Positions 20,332-29,331 of a DNA stretch of 64,000 bases are shown here, piece by piece. Under the pieces are notes generated by a model. That model was not told the origin of the DNA. It did no database searches and saw nothing but the letters and a program-made list of their open reading frames with translations. Position 1 is the first letter of the stretch. The number at the start of each line of letters is the position of its first letter. A program made the position numbers and the translations under genes. Location of the stretch: the IMG/VR virus record IMGVR_UViG_3300035698_015907. One strand, given 5' to 3'. The DNA is from a virus.

Positions 20332-20757
20332 TTATCTTATCCTCTTAAGAACTATCTCAGTACTTAACACATCTGGACTGTGGTGTACCGTAAAATTGAT
20401 AGTTACGGTGTAACTATCAATCAATGGGTCTGCAACAACTTTAATATTTGTTCCAGCTACTCTAGGTTCATTATTGAATATAGTTAATTTTATAGCATCT
20501 TCTAGAGCAAGTGCTGTGAAATTATCTATAGGCTCAAATAGTGTAGCCGTGATGTTTCCACCAGTAGTAGGTTGATATAATCTTTCACCTAAATTGGTCA
20601 TAACTAAAGCTCGTAATGACTGGCGCACCGCAGCTTCATTAGTCTTTCTTATCAAAAGGCCAGACGCTGGATGTGTATTAAGATTAATATCAAAATCAGA
20701 ATAAAAGACATCTCTTTTTCTAGTCTTTACTTCTGTTCTGTCATATTTACTTGCCAC
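20332..20757 (-). CDS. gp25: baseplate wedge subunit gp25
   Basis: YSDFD..HP..AVRQSLRALVMTNLGERLYQP..LFE..EPRV. Confidence 0.9.
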   Translation of the reverse strand: MASKYDRTEVKTRKRDVFYSDFDINLNTHPASGLLIRKTNEAAVRQSLRALVMTNLGERLYQPTTGGNITATLFEPIDNFTALALEDAIKLTIFNNEPRVAGTNIKVVADPLIDSYTVTINFTVHHSPDVLSTEIVLKRIR

Positions 20758-20781
20758 TTAAAGCCTCTTTTGTTATATTTA

Positions 20782-21690
20782 TTAGGAAAATAAGAAAGTA
20801 CCATTAGATGTAAATGTATGAATAGTGTTTCCACTAGAAGAAGTTATTGTTCCTCCTGTGGCTATTACGGAACCAGTATAACTAATGATTACAACACCAG
20901 ATCCACCAGGACTTGCATCAATATCTGCATTAAGGCGGCCACCGCCCCCGCCTCCACCTAAACCATCAGTTCCAGGTGCAGTATTAGCAGCGTCAGTTCC
21001 TCCATAACCACCGCCCCCTAGTCCTCCAACACCAGCGTCTTTGCCTTGAGACGAACCACCACCACCACCTGCATAGTAAACAGATGAGCCACTGATATCG
21101 AAAGCAAGACCGTCTCCACCGTCTCCACCATTAGCATAATCTGAACCAGAACCATTAGCAGATGAACCAGCGCCGCCTACTGCTCCAGCTCCACCACCAC
21201 CAGCAGCAGATGCCCAACCAGAGCCTACTGTGTTTCCACCTGCATGGCCTTGGCCTGCGGTATTAGCTCCGCCGCCAGCGCCATTAGCATCTCGTGATGC
21301 TCCACCGCCTGATCCGCCTGCTTCTCCATACTCAACATCATATGATCCACCGCCTCCTCCACCCACAGCAGTGAGAGAGAAAGCAGTAGTGTTAGCACCA
21401 TCAGACCCATTATATGAACGGCTGATAGCTGCAGCACCGCCGCCGCCAACTACGATAGTGTATGATCCATTAGCAATATCTATATTATCATGAAGAAGTC
21501 CACCGCCTCCGCCTCCGCCTCCGCCGTAGGTTCCACCGCCGCCGCCACCTGCGACTAAGAGATATTCAATATAGAGAGAATGTCCTGGCCAAAGTGCACT
21601 AATTTTATACTCTCTAACATCATTAAGATTCCATATACCTGATGTGGAATTAGCAGAAATTGGTGCATTATTTCCTATGTATCGACCCAT
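20782..21690 (-). CDS. glycine-rich domain virion/fibre tip protein
   Basis: SGIWNL N-terminal anchor; EYLLVAGGGGGG..YYAGGGGG..GGSGVVIISY..ATGG..IHTFTS. Confidence 0.75.
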   Translation of the reverse strand: MGRYIGNNAPISANSTSGIWNLNDVREYKISALWPGHSLYIEYLLVAGGGGGGTYGGGGGGGGGLLHDNIDIANGSYTIVVGGGGAAAISRSYNGSDGANTTAFSLTAVGGGGGGSYDVEYGEAGGSGGGASRDANGAGGGANTAGQGHAGGNTVGSGWASAAGGGGAGAVGGAGSSANGSGSDYANGGDGGDGLAFDISGSSVYYAGGGGGSSQGKDAGVGGLGGGGYGGTDAANTAPGTDGLGGGGGGGRLNADIDASPGGSGVVIISYTGSVIATGGTITSSSGNTIHTFTSNGTFLFS

Positions 21691-22043
21691 TAACTTATGA
21701 TCTCATATGAACATATGAGCTGCAGATCTCCGTTAACGCTAGCAGTGCATCTCAGTGAATCACCTTCTTCAAGATATATCGTTTTTGTTAAAACATCAAT
21801 TGAAGTGTCGGCTGGAACTACTAAAGTAGAAGTTAAATGATAAGCTACAGATGATCTAAAAAGATCTAAACTTAAATCAGCGCTAACGGTTCCATCAATA
21901 TTAGAAACATAAAGAGAATTAATTTTATAAACTTCACCAGATGCAGGAGAATTAGTTACAAAAGCTGTAGCTGAAGTTGTAATATTAGCTACAGCAGTTT
22001 TTCCATAGATATTAGCTACTGCTACAATATTCGGCGCCGCCAT
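21690..22043 (-). CDS. small fibre adaptor structural protein
   Basis: MAAPNIV..KINSLYVSNIDG..IYLEEGDSL..SYEII; GGAGGA RBS favours ATG 22043. Confidence 0.65.
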   Translation of the reverse strand: MAAPNIVAVANIYGKTAVANITTSATAFVTNSPASGEVYKINSLYVSNIDGTVSADLSLDLFRSSVAYHLTSTLVVPADTSIDVLTKTIYLEEGDSLRCTASVNGDLQLICSYEIIS

Positions 22044-22044
22044 A

Positions 22045-22929
22045 TTATCCTCCAAATACTATAGACATTGCTATAGCTTTTCCTGTTGTAGCTTTAGTGT
22101 TTACGGTGCTTGACAATGATGATATATTTCCACTAAGATCTGATATATTGCTATTTATGCTAGTAACATTAGAGCTTAAATCACCGCTTACTGTGGATAC
22201 ATCATTACCAACAGCAATTATTGATGCTGCGTTGCTGCTAAGATTATTAGCAAGGACATCAATAGAACTAGATAATTCAGATGTAGCGTTGTTAACAAAT
22301 GCTGTTGTGGCTAATGTGTTGCTATTATCACCGGCTTCTGGAGTTGGTGCAGTAGGATTGCCAGAAAATTCGGGAGAAGCTGCTCCTACTACTGTAGTTC
22401 CTGCGCCTGCACTTGAACCTGCTGTTGGAGGTCCAGAAAGACCGATGCCTCCAGCATCTTCGTGCTTATGATCAAATCCAACATTCTTTCCGTTATGAAC
22501 GAGAACTTGACCATTAATTCTAACCCATGGTGCATCTATTCTAAGACCGCCCGGAAAATTAAAATACGCAGCGTTTTTAGCTTCAAGTCTTAGTCCTTTA
22601 CTAAAACGTATATCTCCTTCACCATCTGCTAATGTGCTAAGATCGCCGCCGACTCGAGTTCTATTATCACCAACTGAAATATTTTGTAAATGATTATTAG
22701 CTCTGTTTACTACAGAACCATCGTGTTGCATTTCTTGGTATGAACCTTTAGCATGAGCAACACGTATTCTTTCGCCGCCTTCAGTATCATCAAACTCTAC
22801 TGCATGACCGGATCGATATGTAGTAGTATGAACTTTATGATATTTGCCTCCAGAATCATAGTCAGATGGAAACTCCCAAAAATCTGTTTTGGGCCAACGA
22901 GTTCTGTTATCTTCAATATTTTGACTCAT
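22045..22929 (-). CDS. gp5: baseplate central spike, gp5 C-terminal part with fibre-like extension
   Basis: SGHAVEFDDTEGGERIRVAHAKGSYQEM of T4-like gp5; beta-helix repeats; HKH apex motif at 22462-22470. Confidence 0.75.
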   Translation of the reverse strand: MSQNIEDNRTRWPKTDFWEFPSDYDSGGKYHKVHTTTYRSGHAVEFDDTEGGERIRVAHAKGSYQEMQHDGSVVNRANNHLQNISVGDNRTRVGGDLSTLADGEGDIRFSKGLRLEAKNAAYFNFPGGLRIDAPWVRINGQVLVHNGKNVGFDHKHEDAGGIGLSGPPTAGSSAGAGTTVVGAASPEFSGNPTAPTPEAGDNSNTLATTAFVNNATSELSSSIDVLANNLSSNAASIIAVGNDVSTVSGDLSSNVTSINSNISDLSGNISSLSSTVNTKATTGKAIAMSIVFGG

Positions 22930-23462
22930 TATTTTTTCTCACCGATTTTGAATATTTGTAGTATCTTAAAAATCTGAGCACCACTAAACAAATCTTTGAA
23001 AATACTAAGTAGATTATTTGATATATCGGTAATTCCTTGATTACCAAAAGCACCTAAATCCATATCTTTACCATCAGTTCCAGATGGTATCTTAGGACCT
23101 TTATCTTTAAGTCCTTTTGCAAGCGGTGACACATGACTGGGAGAACTAGGTCCTGGGTAATAACTTCCTACGATCAAACCATGCTGACAAGCAGGATAAT
23201 CAAGGATCATTACCATGACTTTCGATCCTTCTTCGAGTGCTGAGCTTTGACCAGCACCAGCTAAAGATGGAGTAGTCACAGGAAACATAGGAGTGTACCA
23301 AGGCAAATCTTCATCTGGTATGCCTCTTTTATCATCAGTAACACCAAATATTCTAACTTGAGCTCTGAACATCCTATACGGATCTTCGATGCTTATAACT
23401 TCTCCAGGTTTAACTATTACGTTATTACCATCATTTTGAACTGGAGATTGTAGTCTTGACAT
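22929..23462 (-). CDS. gp5: baseplate central spike, gp5 N-terminal OB-fold part
   Basis: GEVISIEDP..RAQVRIFG..IPDEDLPW..LEEGSKV OB-fold signature. Confidence 0.8.
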   Translation of the reverse strand: MSRLQSPVQNDGNNVIVKPGEVISIEDPYRMFRAQVRIFGVTDDKRGIPDEDLPWYTPMFPVTTPSLAGAGQSSALEEGSKVMVMILDYPACQHGLIVGSYYPGPSSPSHVSPLAKGLKDKGPKIPSGTDGKDMDLGAFGNQGITDISNNLLSIFKDLFSGAQIFKILQIFKIGEKK

Positions 23463-24706
23463 TAGCTAACTTGTCCATTGTATGTTTGTATGTTAATAAG
23501 ATCTAAGTATGTAACATAACGAGGACGATCACCGATAGGTCCAACATAATTAGTCATACCAACAATCATATTTTTTCCCCAATATGAAACATCTTTATTA
23601 ACGAACATATCAGTGTTTTCACGCATTTCAAAATCTATAATATTTCCAACTTTATAATTAGAATTACCTGGTATTTTAACAGTTAAGAATTTCTGTTTCA
23701 TATCTGTAAACAAAGATTCAGTATATGGAGCAGTTGCGGCTCGAGTAGTATCAGGACGTCTGCTATCTTCTAATATTATATTTCCTGTGCCTGGCATTCC
23801 ATTATATGGATCAGTTACATATCCAGATGTTTGTCCAGGATTCAATGAAGTAGAAGAACCGTATTCTTGACGCTGTTTGCCATATTTAAGATCTGGCACC
23901 GAACCAACAGCAGTATGCATATCAAATTTGCTTGTACCAACACTAAATCCATGTCCTTTATCCATAGCATTTGATGAATTGTTGAAATACATTTCCATAA
24001 CATTATTCATTAAAGGAGAATTAAGATCTGAATTCATTTCATACTGAGATAAATTAGTTAAAGTTCCAACAGAAGAGCCTTTGATTAGATCATATACACT
24101 TTTAAAGAAAAATTCTTCTCCTCCGGATTCCCCAATTCCAGAATATGTTAAAAATCCATCATAGTTTTCATTTGATACAGCCATTCTTCTGAGATCCTCA
24201 ATATGTTTTAGAGGACTTTTCTGTGTCATAATTATTGGCTGATAATCACTTCCTTGCAAACCTTTTGTAATATCGATGTTCATTGGTATTTCCATACCGA
24301 GACCATCACTTAATACTCTATTAACCATATCAGAAACTTGAATATTCTTAAAAGATTTCTGAAAATTTGGTGTGAAATTGCTTGTTATAGCATGCTTAGA
24401 TATTAATTCAGACATGAGGTTTCTAGACCTCTGAGCATCATCTATTCCCATTTCTGATGTGTTATTCACAAGCATATTATCATAGCGGCGCTTGTTGCCA
24501 TTAGGTGTGCCAAATACTATTGATGATTTTTTAGAACCATCAAAATTCCCAGCCATACCTTCATATTGATTCAGTGCTACTCGTCCTAAAACAAAAGGAG
24601 AGAGTAGATGTTCTTTGAATACAATAGAAAAGAAATGTTGACTTACATCAGTGCCTTCAATATCAAGGTCACCAAATTCAACATCTCCAGGATTATGATT
24701 TGCCAC
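23462..24706 (-). CDS. gp27: baseplate hub gp27-like
   Basis: Between gp53 and gp5; EHLLSPFVLG, IPGNSNYKVGNII..GKNMI; likely GTG start at 24706 with GGAGGA RBS. Confidence 0.6.
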   Translation of the reverse strand: MANHNPGDVEFGDLDIEGTDVSQHFFSIVFKEHLLSPFVLGRVALNQYEGMAGNFDGSKKSSIVFGTPNGNKRRYDNMLVNNTSEMGIDDAQRSRNLMSELISKHAITSNFTPNFQKSFKNIQVSDMVNRVLSDGLGMEIPMNIDITKGLQGSDYQPIIMTQKSPLKHIEDLRRMAVSNENYDGFLTYSGIGESGGEEFFFKSVYDLIKGSSVGTLTNLSQYEMNSDLNSPLMNNVMEMYFNNSSNAMDKGHGFSVGTSKFDMHTAVGSVPDLKYGKQRQEYGSSTSLNPGQTSGYVTDPYNGMPGTGNIILEDSRRPDTTRAATAPYTESLFTDMKQKFLTVKIPGNSNYKVGNIIDFEMRENTDMFVNKDVSYWGKNMIVGMTNYVGPIGDRPRYVTYLDLINIQTYNGQVS

Positions 24707-25598
24707 GTAGCTCGTCCTCCAAACGGTCTGCAACTTTTATCGCCATCGGGCCATCAACCGTTTTGATTATTCTATTAGCTTCATTTCTTTCTTTTTCAAT
24801 ATCATAGTATGTTACTGGAGTCCAATAAACATATTCTTCGTCACTAATATTTGTTATAGTCCAAGAATTAGCTTGTGTATTTGAAGAAGATAAATGAAGA
24901 GTGACATTAGCAGCTGGACCTGTTGAATCATATGATTGAATAATAACCCCATTGCTTAATTCACCGAGAACATTCTTAAGATGCAAATATGTATTACCAA
25001 CTGCTTCTACTTCAGCATTAGCAACAGTATCAGCTCCTGATTTTGCTATAACCAAGTCACCAGTAGAAAATGATGTATTAGATACTTGTACTTTCGTTAG
25101 TTTGTTCGTGTTAACAGACATAGAACTTTCTTTTCTATGAAAGTAGATAACTCGTCTGCTATCATCAGTGTATAATGGGTCCCAGTAACTAGAATGTGGT
25201 GTAGTATAATCACCGAACATAGCTTCAAAAGATGCTGGTTCTAGCTGACGATTATCATTATACCAATTAGATCTAAAATGAGAAATTTTTCTATTTGCAT
25301 ATTCTAATGTCCCATACTTCTTTAGTATGAGTTCATAAATTTGATTATCAGATAGATGCCAATCATAATATGGATCAATTACTCTATTAGCATAATATAG
25401 CATCCAAGTTAGATACTGATCATCATAAAGATTGTGTGCTACATTGTCAGCTCGCTCTTCTTCAGCAACTTCATATAATTGAAATGAATAAGGAAGATTT
25501 ATATATTTGTTAGCTAGCTTAGCTGATGTAGTTAGATTTCTAACTTGATAGCCATTATAACTTATCTTAGGAAATTGTTCGAAATATTTTTTTGCCAT
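24693..25598 (-). CDS. gp53: baseplate wedge subunit gp53
   Basis: KYFEQFPKISY, ERADNVAHNLYDD..W..N.VIDPYYDW, YDIEKERNEANRIIK. Confidence 0.9.
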   Translation of the reverse strand: MAKKYFEQFPKISYNGYQVRNLTTSAKLANKYINLPYSFQLYEVAEEERADNVAHNLYDDQYLTWMLYYANRVIDPYYDWHLSDNQIYELILKKYGTLEYANRKISHFRSNWYNDNRQLEPASFEAMFGDYTTPHSSYWDPLYTDDSRRVIYFHRKESSMSVNTNKLTKVQVSNTSFSTGDLVIAKSGADTVANAEVEAVGNTYLHLKNVLGELSNGVIIQSYDSTGPAANVTLHLSSSNTQANSWTITNISDEEYVYWTPVTYYDIEKERNEANRIIKTVDGPMAIKVADRLEDELRGKS

Positions 25599-25600
25599 TA

Positions 25601-26527
25601 TTATCCTTTGAGCTGGTTTATTAGCTCTGAATTTACTTTATCAGTAGCACTTTGAACAGCAGTTCCGAGTGAAAAATTAAATCCGGAACTACTTGTTCCG
25701 GCGCCAGGGCCGCTGTTCTCAAAATTGAATGATCCGGCGACATCGCCAGCAACAGAACCTTTTTGAAAATTGCTTCTAGTATTTAGAATAATTTCTACGA
25801 ATGATATATCAAGTTGCACGATTGTAGGAGCATTTGAACCGGCAAAAAATGATGGAACACCAGATGGAGCCCAATTCACTGTAACATTAGTTATAACTGC
25901 TGGTTGAAAGTAGTATAATTCACCATTAGCTCCTGTTTTAATTTTTATTAGAGCAATAGATGGATAATTAAAAAATGCGCCGCCCTGAGTTATATCAGGC
26001 AGAGCATTATATTTTATAGTATCAATAGCAGACTGTAAAATATTAGATTCAGAAGCATGACTAGGAGCTAATTTCCAAGAAAATTGATGAACCTTAAATT
26101 CTGGATGTTTAAACATCTGTGTTAAAACAGGATTAAGTGCTAAACCAGATTTCTGCAATAGATATGCAGCTAAATCACCTGTTGCTCCTCCACCAATTCC
26201 TGCTAATGAAGAAGATACTGCACTAGTAACACGAGCAAGCTGATTTGCTACTTGTGAACCAATATCTTTGTCCCCATCAAATGCATCAGCGCCAGCGCCG
26301 AGAAGACCCCCAACATTTTCTTGCTGCACCCATTTCAAATTTTGACTATCAATCATTCTAGCGGGAACAGGAAGATTTATACTACCAGAGCCGGGCGCAG
26401 CTCCACCTAATATTCCTGAAGCTGATTTAGTAAGATTTATTGTATTAGTATAAGGATCAGGTCTGCTGTAAGTAACAAAGTTTATACTGAAAAAATAATC
26501 TTCACTTAAATTTAGTGGAAAATGCAT
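25601..26527 (-). CDS. gp48: baseplate tail tube cap gp48
   Basis: INLPVP, LNP..QMFKHPEFKVHQFSWKLAP..ES, VITNVTVNWAP..F..AP..LDISFVE. Confidence 0.85.
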   Translation of the reverse strand: MHFPLNLSEDYFFSINFVTYSRPDPYTNTINLTKSASGILGGAAPGSGSINLPVPARMIDSQNLKWVQQENVGGLLGAGADAFDGDKDIGSQVANQLARVTSAVSSSLAGIGGGATGDLAAYLLQKSGLALNPVLTQMFKHPEFKVHQFSWKLAPSHASESNILQSAIDTIKYNALPDITQGGAFFNYPSIALIKIKTGANGELYYFQPAVITNVTVNWAPSGVPSFFAGSNAPTIVQLDISFVEIILNTRSNFQKGSVAGDVAGSFNFENSGPGAGTSSSGFNFSLGTAVQSATDKVNSELINQLKG

Positions 26528-26550
26528 TTTATTAAGAGCTCTCCGGGAAG

Positions 26551-26573
26551 CATAAATAGATTAGGTATTTATA
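26551..26573. promoter_or_regulatory. divergent pair of T4-type late promoters
   Basis: CATAAATA on + (26551-26558) toward gp4 and TATAAATA on - (26566-26573) toward gp48. Confidence 0.75.
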
Positions 26574-26583
26574 GGCAATTCTA

Positions 26584-27078
26584 ATGGCAGCTTCACACAA
26601 AGGTTCATTTAGACCCAAAAATAAAGATAAGTACAGAGGCAACTCTGAAAATATCACATACAGATCTGGTTGGGAACTATCGTGTATGATGAAATTTGAT
26701 AACAATCCTAATGTACTTGAATGGTCATCAGAGACTGTAGTTGTTCCTTATAGGTCTGAAGTTGATAGACTTATAGAACAAAGAACTGGACGTCGAAAAA
26801 TAGTACATAAATATTTTATTGATTTCTATGTTAAATTGAAACAAAAAGATGGTAAAACAGTTCAAAAGCTTATAGAAGTTAAACCATACGGTGAAACCAT
26901 TGAGCCTGATAGAAAAAGATATAAAGGCAGAAATGCAGCTCAGAGATATGCTACTGATGTTAAAAAGTGGCTAATCAACAAAGCTAAATGGACTGCTGCT
27001 AAAACTTTTGCAGCAAATCGTGGTATGGATTTCGAAATCTACACAGAGAAAAAGATATATGGACAGAAGGATAATTAA
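26584..27078 (+). CDS. gp4: head completion nuclease gp4
   Basis: KGSFRPKNKDKYRG..ITYRSGWE..WSSE..YFIDF..LIEVKP..NKAKW. Confidence 0.95.
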   Translation: MAASHKGSFRPKNKDKYRGNSENITYRSGWELSCMMKFDNNPNVLEWSSETVVVPYRSEVDRLIEQRTGRRKIVHKYFIDFYVKLKQKDGKTVQKLIEVKPYGETIEPDRKRYKGRNAAQRYATDVKKWLINKAKWTAAKTFAANRGMDFEIYTEKKIYGQKDN

Positions 27079-27775
27079 TAGCTTCGAAGAAGCTGTTAAG
27101 AAAACAGGTCAAAAAGCTTCTGAAGCTGGAGATTGGTTTCAGAATAAAATAGAAATGCTTAGGGGTAAAAACATAACTCCTGAGGATTCAGGCCCGTCTG
27201 AAAAAGGAAGATTTCCTAAAGACATGGAAAAAACTTTCATGTCTACTAAGATGAATGCGAGATCAATAGGCAGAATGATGATGTATGCTTATGATCCAAA
27301 AACAAAGCATCGTTTGCCATATTATGATATTCTTCCTCTAATTCTTATTGTTGATGCTGATGCAAGAGGCTTCTACGGTATCAACCTACATTACATTCCT
27401 CCTATGCTCAGGAAATTCTTATTAAATACTCTTAAATCTAATCTTATTGATGGCCCTTCAAATGGCACGAGATTATCTAGAGATGAGGTTAGAAGATTAA
27501 AATTTAATTATAGAGCTCTTAAAAGAATGTCTGAGTTTGCTATAATGAAACCGTGTTTTAAAAGATACTTATTTTCTAATGTAAGATCTAGCTTTATGTA
27601 TATAGCTCCTAGCGAATGGGATAAAACAATAATGCTTCCAACTGAGCGTTTTGTTAAAGCAACAAAACAGAAAGTTTTCCGGGATTCAATGGCGTCTACT
27701 GGACACAAAACTCAGAAAGGTCTTATAAAAGACGTCAAAACAACAAAATTCTTTAGAGGGTCTGACATTGAATAG
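27059..27775 (+). CDS. gp2: DNA end protector gp2
   Basis: GRMMMYAYDPKTKHRLPYYD.LPL..GFYGINLHYIPP..KPCFKRYL..LPTERF; likely ATG 27059. Confidence 0.95.
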   Translation: MDRRIINSFEEAVKKTGQKASEAGDWFQNKIEMLRGKNITPEDSGPSEKGRFPKDMEKTFMSTKMNARSIGRMMMYAYDPKTKHRLPYYDILPLILIVDADARGFYGINLHYIPPMLRKFLLNTLKSNLIDGPSNGTRLSRDEVRRLKFNYRALKRMSEFAIMKPCFKRYLFSNVRSSFMYIAPSEWDKTIMLPTERFVKATKQKVFRDSMASTGHKTQKGLIKDVKTTKFFRGSDIE

Positions 27776-28454
27776 TTTTGATGTAAATGAATTTCGTTCT
27801 GGTATATCTAACAACTATTATAGAAGCTCACACTTCAATATGGTAGTTGGTATACCAAATGGATTATTAAGTAATATAGAAAATGGACCTGCTAACGGTT
27901 TAACAAGTTCTTCTCAAAGAACTGTATTTGAAATTGAAACAACTAATCTTCCAGGTGTTGCATTCGGTACTGATGAAATAAGACTTCAGGGTTATGGACC
28001 ATTCACAAGAAAACCTTATGTTTCAATTTTTGATACTATAAACATAGTTGTAAGATCTGATACTGAAAATATTACATACGATTTTTTCCAGTCATGGATG
28101 AAATTAATATCAAATTATGATACTAGTACTGGTATTGCAGGCAGCTCTACTTCATTAGGAAGTGGTCGCAACTCTGGAATAGGAAGACCATACGAAGTAG
28201 CATATTCTAATGATTATACAGTTAATTCTATAATAAATGTTTACGATCCAACAAGTAATGAACCTTCTTTAGCAATAACATTATTAGATTGTTATCCTAT
28301 ACACGTTGGAACAATACCTTTAAATTGGGCTGATAATTCTATTGTTAAATTCCCTGTAACATTAACATTTACAGATTGGTACCAAAATAAAAACATAAGA
28401 GCTGCTAACAACGTAACTACAGAAAATAGCATCCCTTTCACCCCCATCTCATAA
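27768..28454 (+). CDS. gp54: baseplate tail tube initiator gp54-like
   Basis: Tube-protein pattern (TNLPG..FFQSW..YP..V..LNW..VTLTFTDW); located between gp2 and gp26. Confidence 0.75.
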   Translation: MNSFDVNEFRSGISNNYYRSSHFNMVVGIPNGLLSNIENGPANGLTSSSQRTVFEIETTNLPGVAFGTDEIRLQGYGPFTRKPYVSIFDTINIVVRSDTENITYDFFQSWMKLISNYDTSTGIAGSSTSLGSGRNSGIGRPYEVAYSNDYTVNSIINVYDPTSNEPSLAITLLDCYPIHVGTIPLNWADNSIVKFPVTLTFTDWYQNKNIRAANNVTTENSIPFTPIS

Positions 28455-28471
28455 GGAGATACTGATAAACT

Positions 28472-29182
28472 ATGCTACCTAAAGTGACCTATCCTCTTAC
28501 TGAACTTGAAATTGAATCAGTAGGAAAAATACACATGAGACCTATGTTAGTGAGAGAAGAAAAAATACTTCTTATGGCTAAACAGTCAGAAAATGATAAT
28601 GATATTTTTACCGCAATAAAACAGATTGTACAGAATTGTATTGTTACAGAAAATTTCAATATTAATACTTTACCAATTCATGAGCTTGAATATCTATTTG
28701 TTAAACTTAGAGTTCAATCAATGGGTAGCGAAGTAAAACTTACATACAAAGACTCAGAAGATAATGAAGAGTATAATTTTACTATTAATCTAGATGATAT
28801 TCATATTTTTTATCCTGAAAATATGCCAGACAGGAAAATCGATTTAGTCAATGGCATTGGCATACTAATGCAATATCCGCCAGCTTCATTATATGACAAT
28901 GAAAGATTTCTTTCACCTGATAGTATAACAGATATTTCTGAAGAGCTTATGCTTTCAAGCATAAATCAGATATATGATGAAGATGATGTTTACAAACCCT
29001 CAGAATATAAAAGAGATGAATTAGAAGAATTCTTTGAATCTATAGACAGTGAAGCTTTTAAGAAAATGCAAGTATTTCTAGCTAATGTTCCTCATATGAA
29101 ACATGTATTAAAATATACTAATAAGAATGGGACGGAAAGAAGTATAATGCTCCGCACGATAAATGATTTTTTTACCTTATAA
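28472..29182 (+). CDS. gp26: baseplate hub subunit gp26
   Basis: MLPKV..RPMLVREEKILLMA..LEYLFVKLRVQSMG..INDFF. Confidence 0.9.
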   Translation: MLPKVTYPLTELEIESVGKIHMRPMLVREEKILLMAKQSENDNDIFTAIKQIVQNCIVTENFNINTLPIHELEYLFVKLRVQSMGSEVKLTYKDSEDNEEYNFTINLDDIHIFYPENMPDRKIDLVNGIGILMQYPPASLYDNERFLSPDSITDISEELMLSSINQIYDEDDVYKPSEYKRDELEEFFESIDSEAFKKMQVFLANVPHMKHVLKYTNKNGTERSIMLRTINDFFTL

Positions 29183-29331
29183 TGTCTCATGGTACTCTCG
29201 AGAATTACTATAAAACGATGTATGCTATGACTAAAAGAGGTCATAATGGAACGTGGCTAGAAGACCAATTAGTTTTTGAGAAAGATATATACGTAACAAT
29301 GCAGGTCGAAGAAAGTAAGAAACATGGTTAA
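29182..29331 (+). CDS. gp51: baseplate hub assembly protein gp51-like (49 aa)
   Basis: Not in track; TAATG-coupled to gp26; MSHGTLENYYKTMYAM..LEDQLVFEKDIYV matches the LxxYY..E....ERxIY pattern. Confidence 0.75.
   Translation: MSHGTLENYYKTMYAMTKRGHNGTWLEDQLVFEKDIYVTMQVEESKKHG

Noticed and set aside
21500-21550. ccgcct/ccgccg microsatellite-like run
   Set aside because: Simply encodes poly-Gly in the Gly-rich protein
824-22977. Many plus-strand ORFs over structural genes (e.g. 824-1192, 4374-4700, 7743-8093, 21230-21493, 22097-22471)
   Set aside because: Antisense shadows of well-supported minus-strand genes; no RBS or recognisable motifs
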